From positions 126,728,001 to 126,792,000 of the forward strand of contig OZ024742.1 in the NCBI GenBank assembly GCA_964016885.1: 64,000 nucleotides of DNA, given 5' to 3'. Below are positions 28,743 through 43,137 of this stretch, piece by piece (position 1 is the stretch's first letter; each line of letters starts with the position of its first letter). Position numbers and translations under genes: made by a program. The DNA is from Eledone cirrhosa (taxonomy: Eukaryota). The notes beneath the pieces are model-generated. The model saw only the letters and a program-made list of their open reading frames with translations, was not told the DNA's origin and made no database searches.

Positions 28743-28774
28743 CATGGAACTCATTTAACCATCTTTTGATCTTA

Positions 28775-28858
<84 letters not shown>

Positions 28859-28964
28859 TTATATATATTTAATAGTTCAAAGTTGATGAGCGAGATTTCT
28901 CCTAATACAACAGTCACACAGTAGTCTGCAATCCATACATTGATGCACACACACTCAGGAACAG

Positions 28965-28995
<31 letters not shown>

Positions 28996-30576
28996 CCCAC
29001 ACACATATATATATATATATGTACCGACACACACACACATATATATATATATACGTACTCACGCATATGCACAAAAACACACACACCCAAATACATATCT
29101 AGTACAAAGCAAATAGACAGACATACATGCTGCATTGTATTATGTTAAATGTTGTGCAACTCAAATAAAAAAAAATAAATAGATGAAACAGTGAAGCTGT
29201 ATAACAGACTTTGATTGTCATTAAGATTTGATGGTGCTACTTCATACAGACAACCACACACACACACACATATATATACATATATACATGCATGCAAGTT
29301 GTATATAGCTGTAAATCCACCCACTCTTACATACATGCATACATACATACTTATATAAATACATACACACATGCATGTATACATATATAAATATGTACAA
29401 ATATACATACATGCATATATACATACATTCATACTTACATGCATATAAACATAACATGCATACCAGATGTACAATTAAACACTTGTGTAATGTTCGCCTC
29501 TAATACTCGATTATAGACATACCCATGTACGTACATACATACACATTCATAAATAGGTTTATACATACATACAAATACGCACGTTTAACTGTATATATAT
29601 ATACAAACCCTCAGATATACACACTAAAGCAAATGCTAGAATTTTAGGATACACCTAATAAGCTTTACGTAGATTTTGTTCAGTTAAGAAATGGTGCTTA
29701 GAAGAAACACGACTGCTCTTTTGGTGTTTATTAATATAGACGTGTGTATATAAATATATGTAAAATTGTCAAACACGTGTACACCTAGCGTTGTTCTTGT
29801 AGAGATTCAACATGATGCAATGTGTAATGTGCTGCCGAGAATCGAATGCACGACCTTACAACTGGGAACATAGCACAAGCACACACTCTTTTTACACACG
29901 CACACACATATATAGATCATCTGGTTGCCTAAACGAGAGAAAGAGAGCTAAATACACAAAACAGAGCTTATATAATATTTTTGTCTGAGATTGTTACATG
30001 AGCAGATTGATCTGTTTTGTAGAACAACTGGAATGCTCACCGTCGAAACCGACGGAGCTCCATCGTTTTCGTGCCATAAAAATGTTTAGTTTGGAGTCGC
30101 TTGCTAAACGTTGTCGGCTGTGGAATAGCGAGTTTGAATTAGGCTCTCGTCCAAAGAGCAAAAAAATACGGTGTTAAAATTATATTTTGTCTGTGTGGTG
30201 CTAATAAGTTTGTTAGTCATGCCAATTTCATTTTATTAGGTCACTGTCTGTTTATATATAATATTGTTTGTAGGTGAGTTCCACACAGCAATAAAGGCAG
30301 TGTCTTATTTTAGAAACCAAGGAAGGGGACTGAATCTGGGTGTAGAGGGACTTGGTCAAATACCAACAAGCATTGCTGCTCCTTGCATTACAGCGAATGC
30401 TGCTATTCACGGCACACATTACAACAGGCCAAGTGACATGTCTCGTTTTTGTTCGCTGGTTTCATTTCCCCTCTTTTTGTCACACTATAGAATTGTGGAA
30501 AGAGAAAGCAGTGGCTATGCCGAAAAAGGTTGAAGAAAACAATATAACATTATAAAGAAAAAATATTATAAGTCAA

Positions 30577-30633
<57 letters not shown>

Positions 30634-30959
30634 TCATCTAGAAAAAGAGACAGGCAGTCAGGCGCGCAGACAGTGAGATGTAGATTAATAGAAGAAAAAG
30701 TGAGAAATGTAGAGATGAGCAAAGCAAGAGATGGGGAGGGGAAAAGACGAAAGAACCGTACAGCAAAAACAGTAATTTGGTGGTGGTGGTGGTGGCGATA
30801 ACTGAATGAGAAATATGAACATTTTATAAAATTATTTACGACTTCAAAAACATCCTGAAAAGCAGCACTATTTCCTCTTCATAATAACAAACAGTTATGA
30901 ACATTTCACATTATTGTTTCTCCTCCCCCTCTTTTTATTGAATATTTCATTCATTCTTT

Positions 30960-31172
30960 AGGGCGGCAGATTAGCAGAATCGTTAGAGCGTCGAACAAGA
31001 TGCTTTGTGATATTTTGTTACGACTTTCTATGTTCAAATCCCACCGAAATCAACTTTGTCTTCCATCCTTCCCGGGTAGATAAAATAAAGTATCAGTTAA
31101 GTACTAGAATCCATAGAATCGATTTCTTCCTTCCTCTAAATTGCTGGCCTTATGCTAATACTAGAACAAATT
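30960..31172 (+). mobile_element. Diverged SINE family 1
   Basis: A/B-box-like head, core and tail. Confidence 0.75.
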
Positions 31173-31867
31173 ATTTCAGCCGCTCTTTATTATGATTAAT
31201 ATATAATAGGTCTAAAGGACCAGTGCCGTCAATAACGATGGCAATAGCGTTGAACCTTTTGATTTTTGGAGTTCAGGATTGGTATACAATATCTATCGGA
31301 ATGATAGGATATATGAACATTCATACAAACTGAGAAACTTTCTTTTTGATAAATTAATAGTTTACATTAAAAAAATCCTATAGTTTATGCTGATTAGTAA
31401 TATGTCGAAGTAATTCGACATATAAGATAAGATATTTTAATAAAGATAAGATACGATATTTTAATAAAGTATTTCTAGAATATATTAACATAAATGTACA
31501 AAATATATACACAAATGACATTCAGGAGTAATCTTGGAGAAATAACTATTTACAGGGACAAATGTAGGGTCGAAACCCAGAATACTGTGATGGGAACGTG
31601 AACTTTTTAGAGTAGTAATTTAACTGAGATAGGAAATGCACTGTGGCCATTTATGTATGAGTGTATACATTTTAAAGAGTTAAAGACAAATATATATATA
31701 TATATATATATTGCAAAAAATGAGTGTTTATGTTAGTATAATACTTATTCTTTGTCTACGTTTTTTTAACCTAATTAGATTGTTCTGTGAAAAATATTAG
31801 ATATGTGCTTTCTTTTGATATTGGTATTGTGCAACGTTCTGAGGTATTGCAGTTTTAGCTCCGATAT

Positions 31868-32168
<301 letters not shown>

Positions 32169-33087
32169 CATACATACATACATTCACATGACGTATTAAT
32201 ATTGTTGTTGATAGTTTAGCCATATCTGTATCTCTTCTCTGACCACCAATATGGCCCTTCATTTTCGCTCTTTATATTACAATTATCAGCAGTTTTTCTC
32301 CATATCTCCACTCCCTCTTCCTTTTTCATTTACTCCCTCTTCTCGCCATCTCAATTAATTTCTCTCAACTTCAACACGGTGACGCGACCTTTGTTGCTAT
32401 AGTGACGTCTTATCAGCAAATTAGATGTTTGATAAATCCTTGTCTGTCAGCTCCCCCCTCTCTCTATGGCTATTAACCAATTTCTACAAGAATCAACCCT
32501 TACCTCCACCACTACTACTATTATCATCGGTAGCAGCTACAACAGTACAACCTTCATTATCACCACCACAACTAATATCATCACCACCACAACCATTATC
32601 ACCATCATCACTACTACCATCACTATCATCACCGTCACCACCACCACCACCACCATTATGATCATCAACATCATCATCATATCACCAGATATTGTTTTGA
32701 AACCAGAAATAAACACGAGATTACTATGGCCTCTTAATAAAATTCCTCTTTCTCTGCACATTTTGGACCAGTTTTAGATAAACAACGAACTACACTTGGT
32801 TCCTGTTTTCGGTGCAGTCAATGCCGTTGTTGAACTATAAAGCTGTTGTTGTTGCTTCAGTGTTTTGTAGATGAAAAATAAATAAAAGAAAATATGCCGG
32901 CCGACCTATTTTACATAAGTATAGCAAGTAATGTAAATAAAGGTATATGTTTTCTACAAATGATTTGGAATCGAAGAGAAAGTCTTTTGACATCTTTGGC
33001 ATCACAAAACAAAAACAAAAAGGAATGTAAGAAAACATTAAAGCTACGTATGTTACAGATTTTTTTGTAACATATTACACACAACCA

Positions 33088-33300
33088 AGAATTGCCAGCA
33101 TCGGTAGATCGTCGGACAACATGCTTTGCAGCATTGAGTTACGTCCCTTTACGTTCTGTCTTCAAATCCCGCCGATATCAGCTTTGTCTTTCATCCTTAC
33201 GGGGGTTGATAGATTAAAGTACCAGTAACTTACTGACGTCGATTTAATTGTCTTTTCCCTCCACCCCAAATCGTTGGCATTGTGCCTAAATCTGAAACCA
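33088..33300 (+). mobile_element. SINE family 1
   Basis: Head, core and tail are recognisable. Confidence 0.8.
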
Positions 33301-34216
33301 ATACATCACTCGGGACCGGATTAAGTTATTCTGTGACTCTGAGTACTTAAAACTTTTCGGTGTGCTCCCCTTCTCGCCATATATAAAATCTGTAAAAAAA
33401 TATTTTGGTGGGGGGAATGACAAATGTATTTTAATTTGTATGGAATGGTCTTCCTCTTCCTTTCATGACCCAAGTCTGTAGTTATTTAGCTCTATATTTA
33501 ATACAAACTTAATATCACCAAAAGCCTTTTAGTAAGCGCCCAACAATTCGATATCCCGTTTGATACAAAAAGGTTTTATTTACAGACAGTCAACTATTGC
33601 CTTTCAGGGACTACATGAACGATATGCAGTCTCATCAACCTTTTCTGTATGAAAGGAGATTTGGAATTAGTTAAATTTCTTATAAGCAGACTGATGAGAA
33701 AAAGCGTTGCAACCGGCAGTATTATGAAATTCTGTTTATACATTACGTATCTAGGACGTCGTTGTCAAATGAAACTATTTTAAAGACAATAATGTAGAAT
33801 TTTAGGGAGGTTTGTATGTTATATATATATATATAATTCGTGAGCGCCCCAGCATAGCCTTAGTCGGATGGCAGGAACAGGTAAAAGAGTAAAAGAGTAT
33901 ATATATATATATATATAGCTCTGATTATTTAATTTATTAATTCTTCATTGAGCCACCAAGTGACCCGTTGCAAAACAGATATATATCCATGACTTTATAT
34001 ATATATATATATGTAAACCTTTATATGTAATAATCTCCCGTTAGGTTGAGATACAATTTTGGCTGTATTGGGCTGCGCTTTCTAGCAAAAAGCCTACCAG
34101 CTGTAAGCAACTAATCACATCCTTTCTAACTTGACCGCTGCCACGTCACGATTCTTAGCCATTTTTGAATGTATTCTTGGCGCGATCACTTTGGAAAATT
34201 AATTGTCTAAATTTGA

Positions 34217-34305
34217 GCTAAATCCTGAAGAATCCGAAGCTCTAGATATCCAATGTTATCGGATGTCTTAAAATGCGGACGAAACCATGATAGAGGTAAT
34301 TAAAT
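34217..34305 (+). ncRNA. Hammerhead motif with extended stem II
   Basis: CTGAAGA (34225) atccg..agatatcc-loop-ggatgtct..cggac GAAA cc-atgataga-gg TA; stem I is weak. Confidence 0.6.
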
Positions 34306-34626
34306 GTGTACACTTTTCTTCTAGTTTATTTTACACCTAATTCTGTTTAGTTGACTGTATATCTGGTCGATTTATACATGCTGTCGAAATATTCGATAAA
34401 TACTCCGTCGTAACCGCCGCGAAGGGGCTGCTTTCGGTTATTTGTCGGAGATTTCTTCATAGGAGCCTTTATTCTTATAGCTTGGTCTAATTGATTTTTT
34501 TATATGGTTAATTATGCTAATTGGGAGAGGAAACGGTATATATTTTAGCTGATGATTCTATAGACATGTTTTATGATATGTATATATATATATATTTAAG
34601 AGAGAGAGAGAGAGAAGAGAGAGAGG

Positions 34627-34685
<59 letters not shown>

Positions 34686-35146
34686 AGAGAGGGAAAGAGA
34701 GAAACAGAGAGATAGATAGATAGAGAGGGAGAGGTAAAGAGAGAGAATATTACCAGAGAGATTCTGTCATTGAGTACCGAACGTACAGATAACTGTAAAG
34801 TAGTTTTATGGCTTACAGTGGCCATGATTAGAATACTTTCACGTGAGAATGTATGAAACATTTTCACATATCTAAGCCTCTTACTACACGTTGTTACATG
34901 TTAATGAAGGACTTTCTAATTGTAACCATCTGTACCTAACATTTCATTCATCACTTTCACGTGTAAAGCTTACACAGAGTTAAACGAATGACTTGGTGGA
35001 AATATACAGTGATGCCTGCTGTACGAAAAAGAAATAGCAAAGTGTTTTGATAACATACTTTGCAAACGGGATTTCAATTAATTAAAATGAATCAACAATA
35101 GAAAATGCATAAGGTAATGAGTCTGATCTTTGGCAGTACTGAGAGA

Positions 35147-35189
35147 ACTTCGGAGATGTTTTGATGTTATTACACCTCATCAGCGAAAT
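35147..35189 (-). ncRNA. Decayed minimal hammerhead motif
   Basis: atttcg CTGATGA ggtgt-aata-acatc AAAA catc TC cgaagt; 6-bp stem I, 5-bp stem II, G12A. Confidence 0.55.
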
Positions 35190-35625
35190 ATATTGTAACT
35201 GTAAACTGCTAAATCCGAAACAAAACCAACAACTTAAGGAATGTGAAGGACTCACACCGCACTGCTTTTTACTTTTAGTAAAATTCAAATAATTTAAAGA
35301 GTAAATTATAAATATAATGACTTCTGACATCATTAAGTGAGTAATTATATTCAATAAACATTTTTTGCTCACTACACTATGTATGCTAACGCCAAATTTG
35401 CATATAGTTAACACGTTTCATAGAATAATTAAAGAGTATAATGTTTCCCTTATAAGATGATGAGAGAAAGTATGTTCTGATATAGATAGATACATGGATT
35501 GATAGATGGATAGATAAGTAAGTAGTTAGATAGATAAATGTAGAGACAGGGTGGTGTTTACTTCAGTGAAGAGGTCACACGATTATGTATCAGCTCTCAG
35601 TTAGTGTCAGCTTTTGAAACGGCAA

Positions 35626-35725
35626 GAGCTCAGCCGTCGGCGTCCCGACTCTTTCAAATAACCATACTCTATTGCTCCAAGTATCGAGTACTTTGGTGAG
35701 TAATGGTCCAACCAATTCTTTACTG
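35626..35725 (+). mobile_element. Diverged family F copy
   Basis: GAAA cggc-aagagctca-gccg TC followed by an F-like tail (caagtatcgagtactttggtg). Confidence 0.65.
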
Positions 35726-35749
35726 TATCCATCTTGATTTATATATATG

Positions 35750-35866
35750 TGTGTGTCTGCGTGCGCGTTCTGAAATAAATAACGCGCAACCTCTCCGCCC
35801 CCATAATAAAATAAATGGAGGGGGGGGGGGGGGGGTTTACGCGTTATTTATTTCAGAACGCGCGCG

Positions 35867-35878
<12 letters not shown>
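35750..35878. repeat. Inverted repeat, about 45-bp arms
   Basis: gcgcgttctgaaataaataacgcg / cgcgttatttatttcagaacgcgc. Confidence 0.8.
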
Positions 35879-35900
<22 letters not shown>

Positions 35901-35905
35901 GATAT

Positions 35906-35977
<72 letters not shown>

Positions 35978-35978
35978 A

Positions 35979-36030
35979 GTCCAGAAATAGCCGTCGAAAC
36001 GGCTTGAACTCTGCCGTCGGGGTCATACAT

Positions 36031-36034
<4 letters not shown>
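35979..36034 (+). mobile_element. Family F single arm in (TA)n
   Basis: gtccagaaatagccgtc GAAA cggc-ttgaactct-gccg TC ggggtcat. Confidence 0.8.
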
Positions 36035-36082
<48 letters not shown>

Positions 36083-38084
36083 GGAAGGAGGGAGGGAAGA
36101 GGAGATGCATTATTTACAAAGAAGACACCATTTCAAAACAAGATCGACAAGAACAACAAGAAGTGTATGTAGAACTTCATTCACCAAGTAAAGTAAGTTG
36201 CTTATAGACTAGCAGCAAAATATAGACAGACTAACAATAGAGCAGCAATTACTGATCTATTAAATATCTCTTCTTTTCTTTTGTTTTGTATTTCTTTAGA
36301 GTTTTATTTAGTACTTTGTATTATTTCTAACCAATTTCTTTTATTGCTTTCATTAGACATCATAGGACATCGAGAATAATGACAACAAAGACTAAATTAA
36401 CAACAATAACAATAACCACAGTCACCGCACCGCCATAACCACCAATGAATTGGTAAACATAGATGAACAAACAGACTGGTGAACGTAAGATTGAACCAAT
36501 CCCCCCTCCCTCCACTCAAACTCAACATAACAAACAACACTAAGAATGACAACATAACGAACACATGAATTGCATTATTGCATTCAAGTCTTGAATTATC
36601 TATAAATGATGAAATTAGACAATACGATTCATATAATGTGCTACAGTTGCAGTTTAATGGATGAAAAGGAAATATAACAACACAGACACATAGAGAGAGA
36701 GAGACGCACACACAAACATACACACACATAAACACAGACAGAGACACATACAGACACATACACCCATAGGCACGCACAAACACATACTGATAAACGCACA
36801 CACATACATACACAGACATAAACATAGACACAGACGTACACATCCAGGTTTCAGAGTAAATTTATGTGGTTGAGAATTCTTGCGTAAGCGTTTTTAATTC
36901 AAAATGTCGAGTCAACCAAAGCCATGTGAGTGAAATCTCGTAGACGGAAGATGTGCGGAAGCCTGACGGATGTACGTTTCCTGTGTTAGTGAGGAAGAAT
37001 TATCAACTTTGTCTTGGGTGACTTTAGCCGACACCCCTCTCTTGAAAACATTCAGACTCGTTCTCCTATCTGAAGATAAATTTTCTCTCTTCCTCCAGTC
37101 AGTCATGGGGAGCCTGAAAAGGGTTAGGGTGTTTATCTTTCCTCCTTGAAAACTTTCATTATCATATTTCCGTTAAACTACTGCCTACATTTAAAAAATA
37201 ATTAAGGATTTTGAGGGCTTTTAGTCATATTCATTATTAAGCTGATAGGTTCTTATATGAAATCATGATGGTAAGATTCAAATAAAAATGAAGAATTTAA
37301 ATTAAACAGTTTATATCATGTAACTAGGGTCAAAAGGGTTAACTAAACACTAAAATATACCTAAATTCTATAAGGATTTGGAAAAGGCATCATGGAATTG
37401 GTGAATATTGATCATCAGAATATCAAATAGTCTCGGAACATCCATGACTTTGATTATTAATCATACCATGCCTTTTGAAGAATCCACTTTATTAGAAACA
37501 TTTAGAGCAAACCCCCTGTTTGTGGATAATCCATAAATTGGGAATTATTCCTATCTTTTCCACAAAGGGTGCTGCCCTTCTTCTGTTTAATAAAAAAAAA
37601 AAAAATATTTACCAACTATCAATTGGATATCCCGAATCTTCAATGCGGCCGCTGCCCATAATGTTGATGATGAGAACGATATCATGTAAAATATACCGTG
37701 AGGAGATATGAATCAATAACAGGGAAGGAAAAAATACGATACGTATTTAACACCAATATTGTGATATTTGAGACACAAATATATGATTAATTCATCTGAT
37801 AAAAATTAAACAGATAAACTACCTCCTTGTTTTCTTCTCGTTTAGCATGGATATCTAACAGAGTAAAAGGATATTTCGGCCTTTCAACACTTACAACTTC
37901 TTACATACGCACATGCGCACATATACGAATACAAGGGCCGCACATGATATGCTCACACATATGAATAGCCACGAACACATACAAGTATATATACAAGCAT
38001 ATACAAACAAACACATACAAATATATCTATCTATATATCTATCTATCTATCGATATATCTATGTTTCTATCTATCTATCTATCT

Positions 38085-38122
38085 GGTCCCCTTCTTTTGT
38101 GCCCCTGCGGCTAATAAAGAAA
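38085..38122 (+). mobile_element. Extreme 3' tail of the Tx1-like LINE in (TATC)n
   Basis: gcccctgcggctaataaagaaa|catatctatc matches the terminus at 39939-39970. Confidence 0.7.
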
Positions 38123-38190
38123 CATATCTATCTATCTATCTATCTATCTATGTTTCTATCTATCTATCGATCTATCTATCTATCTATCTG

Positions 38191-39960
38191 CCATTCCAAA
38201 TCATGCGTTCCATCCGCCAGGGATGCCCTCTCTTCTCCATTCTGCATGTACTGACTCTCGAGCCGTTACTGCGGAAGTTGAAACTGTTGCAGGGCATCCC
38301 GATCGAACCAGGACTGCGGAAAGCAGCGTCGGCCTATGCCGACGACATAACCGTAATGGTGTCGAAAACCTCGGAAATCAGGGTAATCGGCAACCTATTA
38401 CAGAAATACGAAACGTTGACAGGAGCAAGAGTAAACCCAAACAAGTCTGTCGGTTTGCAACTCGGCACATGGAGAGGCAAACCCATTCCCTCCGACAGTG
38501 TCGTTAGACGCTGGACGGAAGGACCGGTGAAATTGCTCGAGGTCTGGTTCGGACCAGACCTCCAGGTGGACAAGAGATGGAACGAGGTCACGGCGAAGGT
38601 GTTTGCACTCACCCAGAAGTGGGCTAAGTGCAAACTCTCCTTAAAAGGTCGAGCGGAGGTGGCGAACATTTACATAGCGTCCGTCATCTACTACCGCTTG
38701 ACAGTCGTGCCTTATTCCCGCGAATACCTTACCAAAATGGAACGCCTACTCTTCAAGTTCCTCTGGAAAAACAGGCTCCATTGGTGAGGAGATCCATCTG
38801 CTGTCAACACCCTTCTAACGGAGGGCTGGGCATGCCGTGGCTGATGATGCGCAAACCTGCACTGAGCTACGCCATCTCCAGGTATTCCTGACCGGTGAAC
38901 CGGTGTGTCTGGCGTTTATGAGACGAGCTCTTCCACAACTCGTCTCACTAACAGAGCTGCAGTCCTGGGTCAAGCGAAGACCGAAAATGGGTGCCTGGCA
39001 CCTCGAGTGCCTACAGGCGCTCACAGTCCTCTACCAAGCGGAAACGGCAATCAGCGGAGACTCCACTTCGACATTCTATAGGGGATTAGTGGAGGATAAG
39101 TGCGACGACGTTCTCGAGGAAACTCTAGGCATCGAGGAGGACGAACTGACCAGTCGGTTCGGGAGGACTTTCCGTCCAGGGCCTATGGATAACTTCCAGA
39201 GGTCTCTGGCCTGGCAGTGCTACCGAGGAACTCTACCAGTTCGAGACAAAATCTACAGGCACGGACGCCCTGGCCGAGATCCTGCCAAAAGGACCTGTCC
39301 AAGATGCGAGCAGGACATCGAAACCGTTCTGCACGCAATTGTTCAGTGCCCATGGGTGACCGACCTGTGGAATTATGTCGAACAGCTGCTGTCACGTGCG
39401 GGACGCATCCAGTTGTCAGCCGAGTCCATCGTGAGGATCACCTCGCCGCCTTCATTTAAGAACGAAAGAGAGGCGGTTTTCCTCTGTCTGGTGGCTATGG
39501 CGAAAGAGGTAATATGGTGGACGAGGTTAAAGGACTGAGGGCAAACACCTTTCTCTCCGGACAACAACTTATCCTCTTCTTTAAATACCACTTCAGAAGG
39601 AAGGTGAGAGTGGGGAGAGAGGTGCTACACCCCAGTAAATTCGCTGAAAGGTGGGTGAATGTGGCGAAAATGGCTCGAGTGAATGGGCCTTCTCTGTATA
39701 TAAACCTGTAGGTTGAGGAAGATAAACAGAGGGAAGACAGGAACACCTACAAAACGTGTTCCTGGTGTTGAGGGCTGTTCTATCCACGGGGTGTAAAACA
39801 ACCCTGCAGTAACGTTCCCCCCTACTGGGGATTTCAATTGTTATTTTATTATATATAGTTTATTGTTATTTATTAATGTTAAAGTTATTTTTATGTAAAC
39901 CCCCCGCCGTCACGTCTTGTATTGTCCCATTTTTGTACGCCCCTGTGGCAAATAAAGAAA
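38191..39960 (+). mobile_element. 5'-truncated L1/Tx1-clade LINE (ORF2 RT C-terminal half, zinc finger, 3' UTR), frameshifted
   Basis: RQGCPL..L..L.LEPL, AYADD, N..KS, LSLKGR, GGLG and CPRC...ETVLHAIVQC motifs. Frameshifts near 38775, 38860 and 39530. Flanked by (TATC)n. Confidence 0.92.
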
Positions 39961-40046
39961 CATATCTATCTATATATATATACATGTCCCAAGGCTCTGA
40001 TACCATCAACACCCTAAACACAGACCTGGCATATCTAAGAACTGAC

Positions 40047-40106
40047 TAACTTCCTGATGAGGTCATAGCCATTCAATGGCTATCATCGAAATATATATAG
40101 CAGTAA
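40047..40106 (+). ncRNA. Type I hammerhead motif (insert about 39985-40145)
   Basis: taacttc CTGATGA ggtcatagccatt-c-aatggctatcatc GAAA tatata TA gcagtaa ataaa. Confidence 0.8.
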
Positions 40107-40252
40107 ATAAAGGATTATGAGTTCATGCAATTGACTTATGTTTCGTCTCTCTCTCTCTCTATATATATATATATAGATATACATAGCGCCACGCACACAT
40201 GTAAGCAGGTGCATGCACACATAGACATACGAACACACCCACATGAACAAAG

Positions 40253-40350
<98 letters not shown>

Positions 40351-41271
40351 GCATGCCTTAACGTAGTGCGAGGTAAAGCAATTGTTAGAAAGCGATTATA
40401 TAAAATGTTGGAAAACGGAAACATAATGGTTATTTCTTATTTGTGACTGGAAGTGTATCAGTATCCATGTTGTAAGATATGTGATGAATACCATCACCAC
40501 CAGCAGCACCACCAGCACTACCAGCACCACCACATGCACCACTACAACCACCACCACCAGCAGCACCATCAGCAGCAGCCCCATCACCACCACCAAAACC
40601 AGCACTACCACCAACACAACTGCCAGCACCACCACCACCACTACCGCCACCACCAGAACACTCCCTTCCACAACAACCTCCACCACCATTAACATTTCAA
40701 TTGACAACAACAACAATCACCGTAATTGATACAATCCCATCATCCCTCTGTAGTCTGGTCTATTGTTACACAGGTGACGTGATGTTTGGAACCAATAGAC
40801 CGAAAATATAATTTCCCCTCCCTTCGTCTGCTCAACACTCTTTTCTCCCCTTCCCTCACCTTTTATGCTGAAGATGACGGTAATTGAAACGATGACACTT
40901 CACTTTAAACAATCATCTTGAATCAGCATCTTGTAATCCCAATCTCCTCCTCCTCAAATAATCTTAGTAACAAACAGCAAACTTATCCAACACCAACTAC
41001 AACCACAAAAAGCACCACCATCATCCTCATACATAGCAGTAATAGTAGTAAAAATGCTCCCTCATGTTAACCCAAATCAACTAACCATCCTCCCACATGT
41101 TAAACCAATACAATCAATCATTCTACCTCATGTGAACCCAAGACGATTAACCATCCTCCCTCATGCTATTTTTATTTGCAAGAATGTTTTTCTAATGGAA
41201 TCTAATGAAGTCCAGGACATTAAAAGTTAACTCTTAACGTCCTGTAATGATTTAGGAGAAAATGTCTAAAA

Positions 41272-41330
41272 CCACGCAACAGATGTCTAAAACCACGCAA
41301 CAGATGTATAAAACCACGCAACAGATACAT
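41272..41330. repeat. 21-bp tandem repeat, 3 copies
   Basis: atgtctaaaaccacgcaacag. Confidence 0.9.
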
Positions 41331-41594
41331 AAAAAACACAGGCACACACTCACTCATACATACACACGCACGTACACATACGTGCGCGTTCAGTGTGGTA
41401 CATTACATATATCACATTCAAATCCTATTTATACAAATACTGGCATGTGCACATACGTATATACATACATATATACACGCAGAAACACACACGCTCACAC
41501 ACACGTAAAGTCCCGGAACTCAATATTACACAGTTTTGTTTCACTCTCTATTAATTCTACCAATACACTACCCTCGTTGCTCTAAGAAATAAGT

Positions 41595-41800
41595 ATTTCT
41601 AATTTAAGGGCAGGGTTAGCAATGTTGATAGGAGGGGAAAATCGATTACACCGACCCCTGTACTTGACTTGTATTTTATTTTATCGATCACTGCAGGATG
41701 GATGGCAATGTTAACCACGGGTGGGATTTAAACTCAGATCATTAAGAACGGGAACTAAAAAAATATCACAGAACATTTTGTTCGACTCTGCCAATTTTAT
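41595..41800 (-). mobile_element. Diverged SINE family 1
   Basis: ttttatcgatc...ggatg...gggatttaaactc...ctgccaatt. Confidence 0.7.
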
Positions 41801-42556
41801 CAGTCCACCATCTTTGTTTCTCTAAAAAATAATAACCATACCATAATGTTGGTAAACTTTTCTGAGAAAATACAAAAGGGAAATAAGGGAAAAGATAAGA
41901 AAAGTAAGAAAAGAAGAAAAGTAAAAAGAAAAGACAGATATGATGATGATGATGATGATGATGAGGAGGAGGAGGAGGAGGGGGGGAGATGATGATTAAG
42001 AGGAGTTAAGAAGGAGATGGAGCAAATGGAGGCTTAGCATTGCAAAATGTAGAAGGAGGAGGGATTGGGTTTGGGGGGAATAAGACGATTTGCGGATTGG
42101 TAAAGAAGCGATGAGAATAATTTTGAAGTTTTACTGCAACTAGACAGTTCCACAAAAGCAGAATAATAGAATATAAATAAGAGCAACACTCCGAAAACAT
42201 AGTTCGTGATTAGAGTATCACGGGGAGGGGATGTGAGAAATGATCGCACGAAGGGTGAAAGGGTCTGAAGAGAGAATATTGATTTATTTTCGACCCTTTT
42301 CACCCCTCTCTTTCCCTCTCTCGTTTTCACCATCGTTCAACGTCTATCGATTACTGAACATTTGTGGACTGTCTTCAGTAGTCAGCATATCGATTAGGTT
42401 AGGGTATAATTAAATATAGCTATAGTTTCGTTGAAGTGAGCGCCGACCGATCGACGCCGATGATCAGCAATCGAAGTCGGGAATGATCGTAAGCGAGCAA
42501 AATGGACCGATTGAAGTTCGTGTTAGAGATTTTGGTGAGTTGATGAAAAGAAAATC

Positions 42557-42653
<97 letters not shown>

Positions 42654-43137
42654 AGGGATGGTTCAGTTATATTTAGCAATATTTTCCATCTTTTGTTGCC
42701 ACAAACGCAGTGTCATTTGCATGCAGATATATTTGGATAATAGTATATCAAAACCTATGGCAAATGTACAAAAAAAAGCAAGAAAAAAAGCAAGAAAAAA
42801 AGCAAATTATGGTCTAATTGTCAACTTGCGATACAATTTATATCCTAACATGACGAACACAGAATCACGTTGCTGCTCATTAAAAGCTTATAACGGCGTT
42901 CAACGTAAGAAAAACAGCTGTAAAGGTATAGCCGCTTTCTAGTTTATGTCATGTATAATCATAAAGTAAGGGAAATGAGCCGGTCGTTAAATAAGACCAC
43001 AGAAACTATATTTTCATTGATCTTTCCGTTGCTGACATTATCTACCGGACGCAAATCTTGGAAGAAACGTATGTGGTAAGATCTGTTATCAAAATATCCT
43101 GTCCACCTTTTTAGCAATTCCACTCATCCAAAGCATA

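Noticed and set aside
33691-33720. CTGATGA motif
   Set aside because: No stem II, no correctly placed GAAA and no stem I.
40869-40900. CTGAAGA...GAAAC
   Set aside because: The stems do not pair. The same applies to similar hits at about 18479 and 49343.
42412-42470. Minus-strand CTGATCA...GAAA ctatag
   Set aside because: The core has a mismatch, there is no UH in register and no stem I; too degenerate to call.
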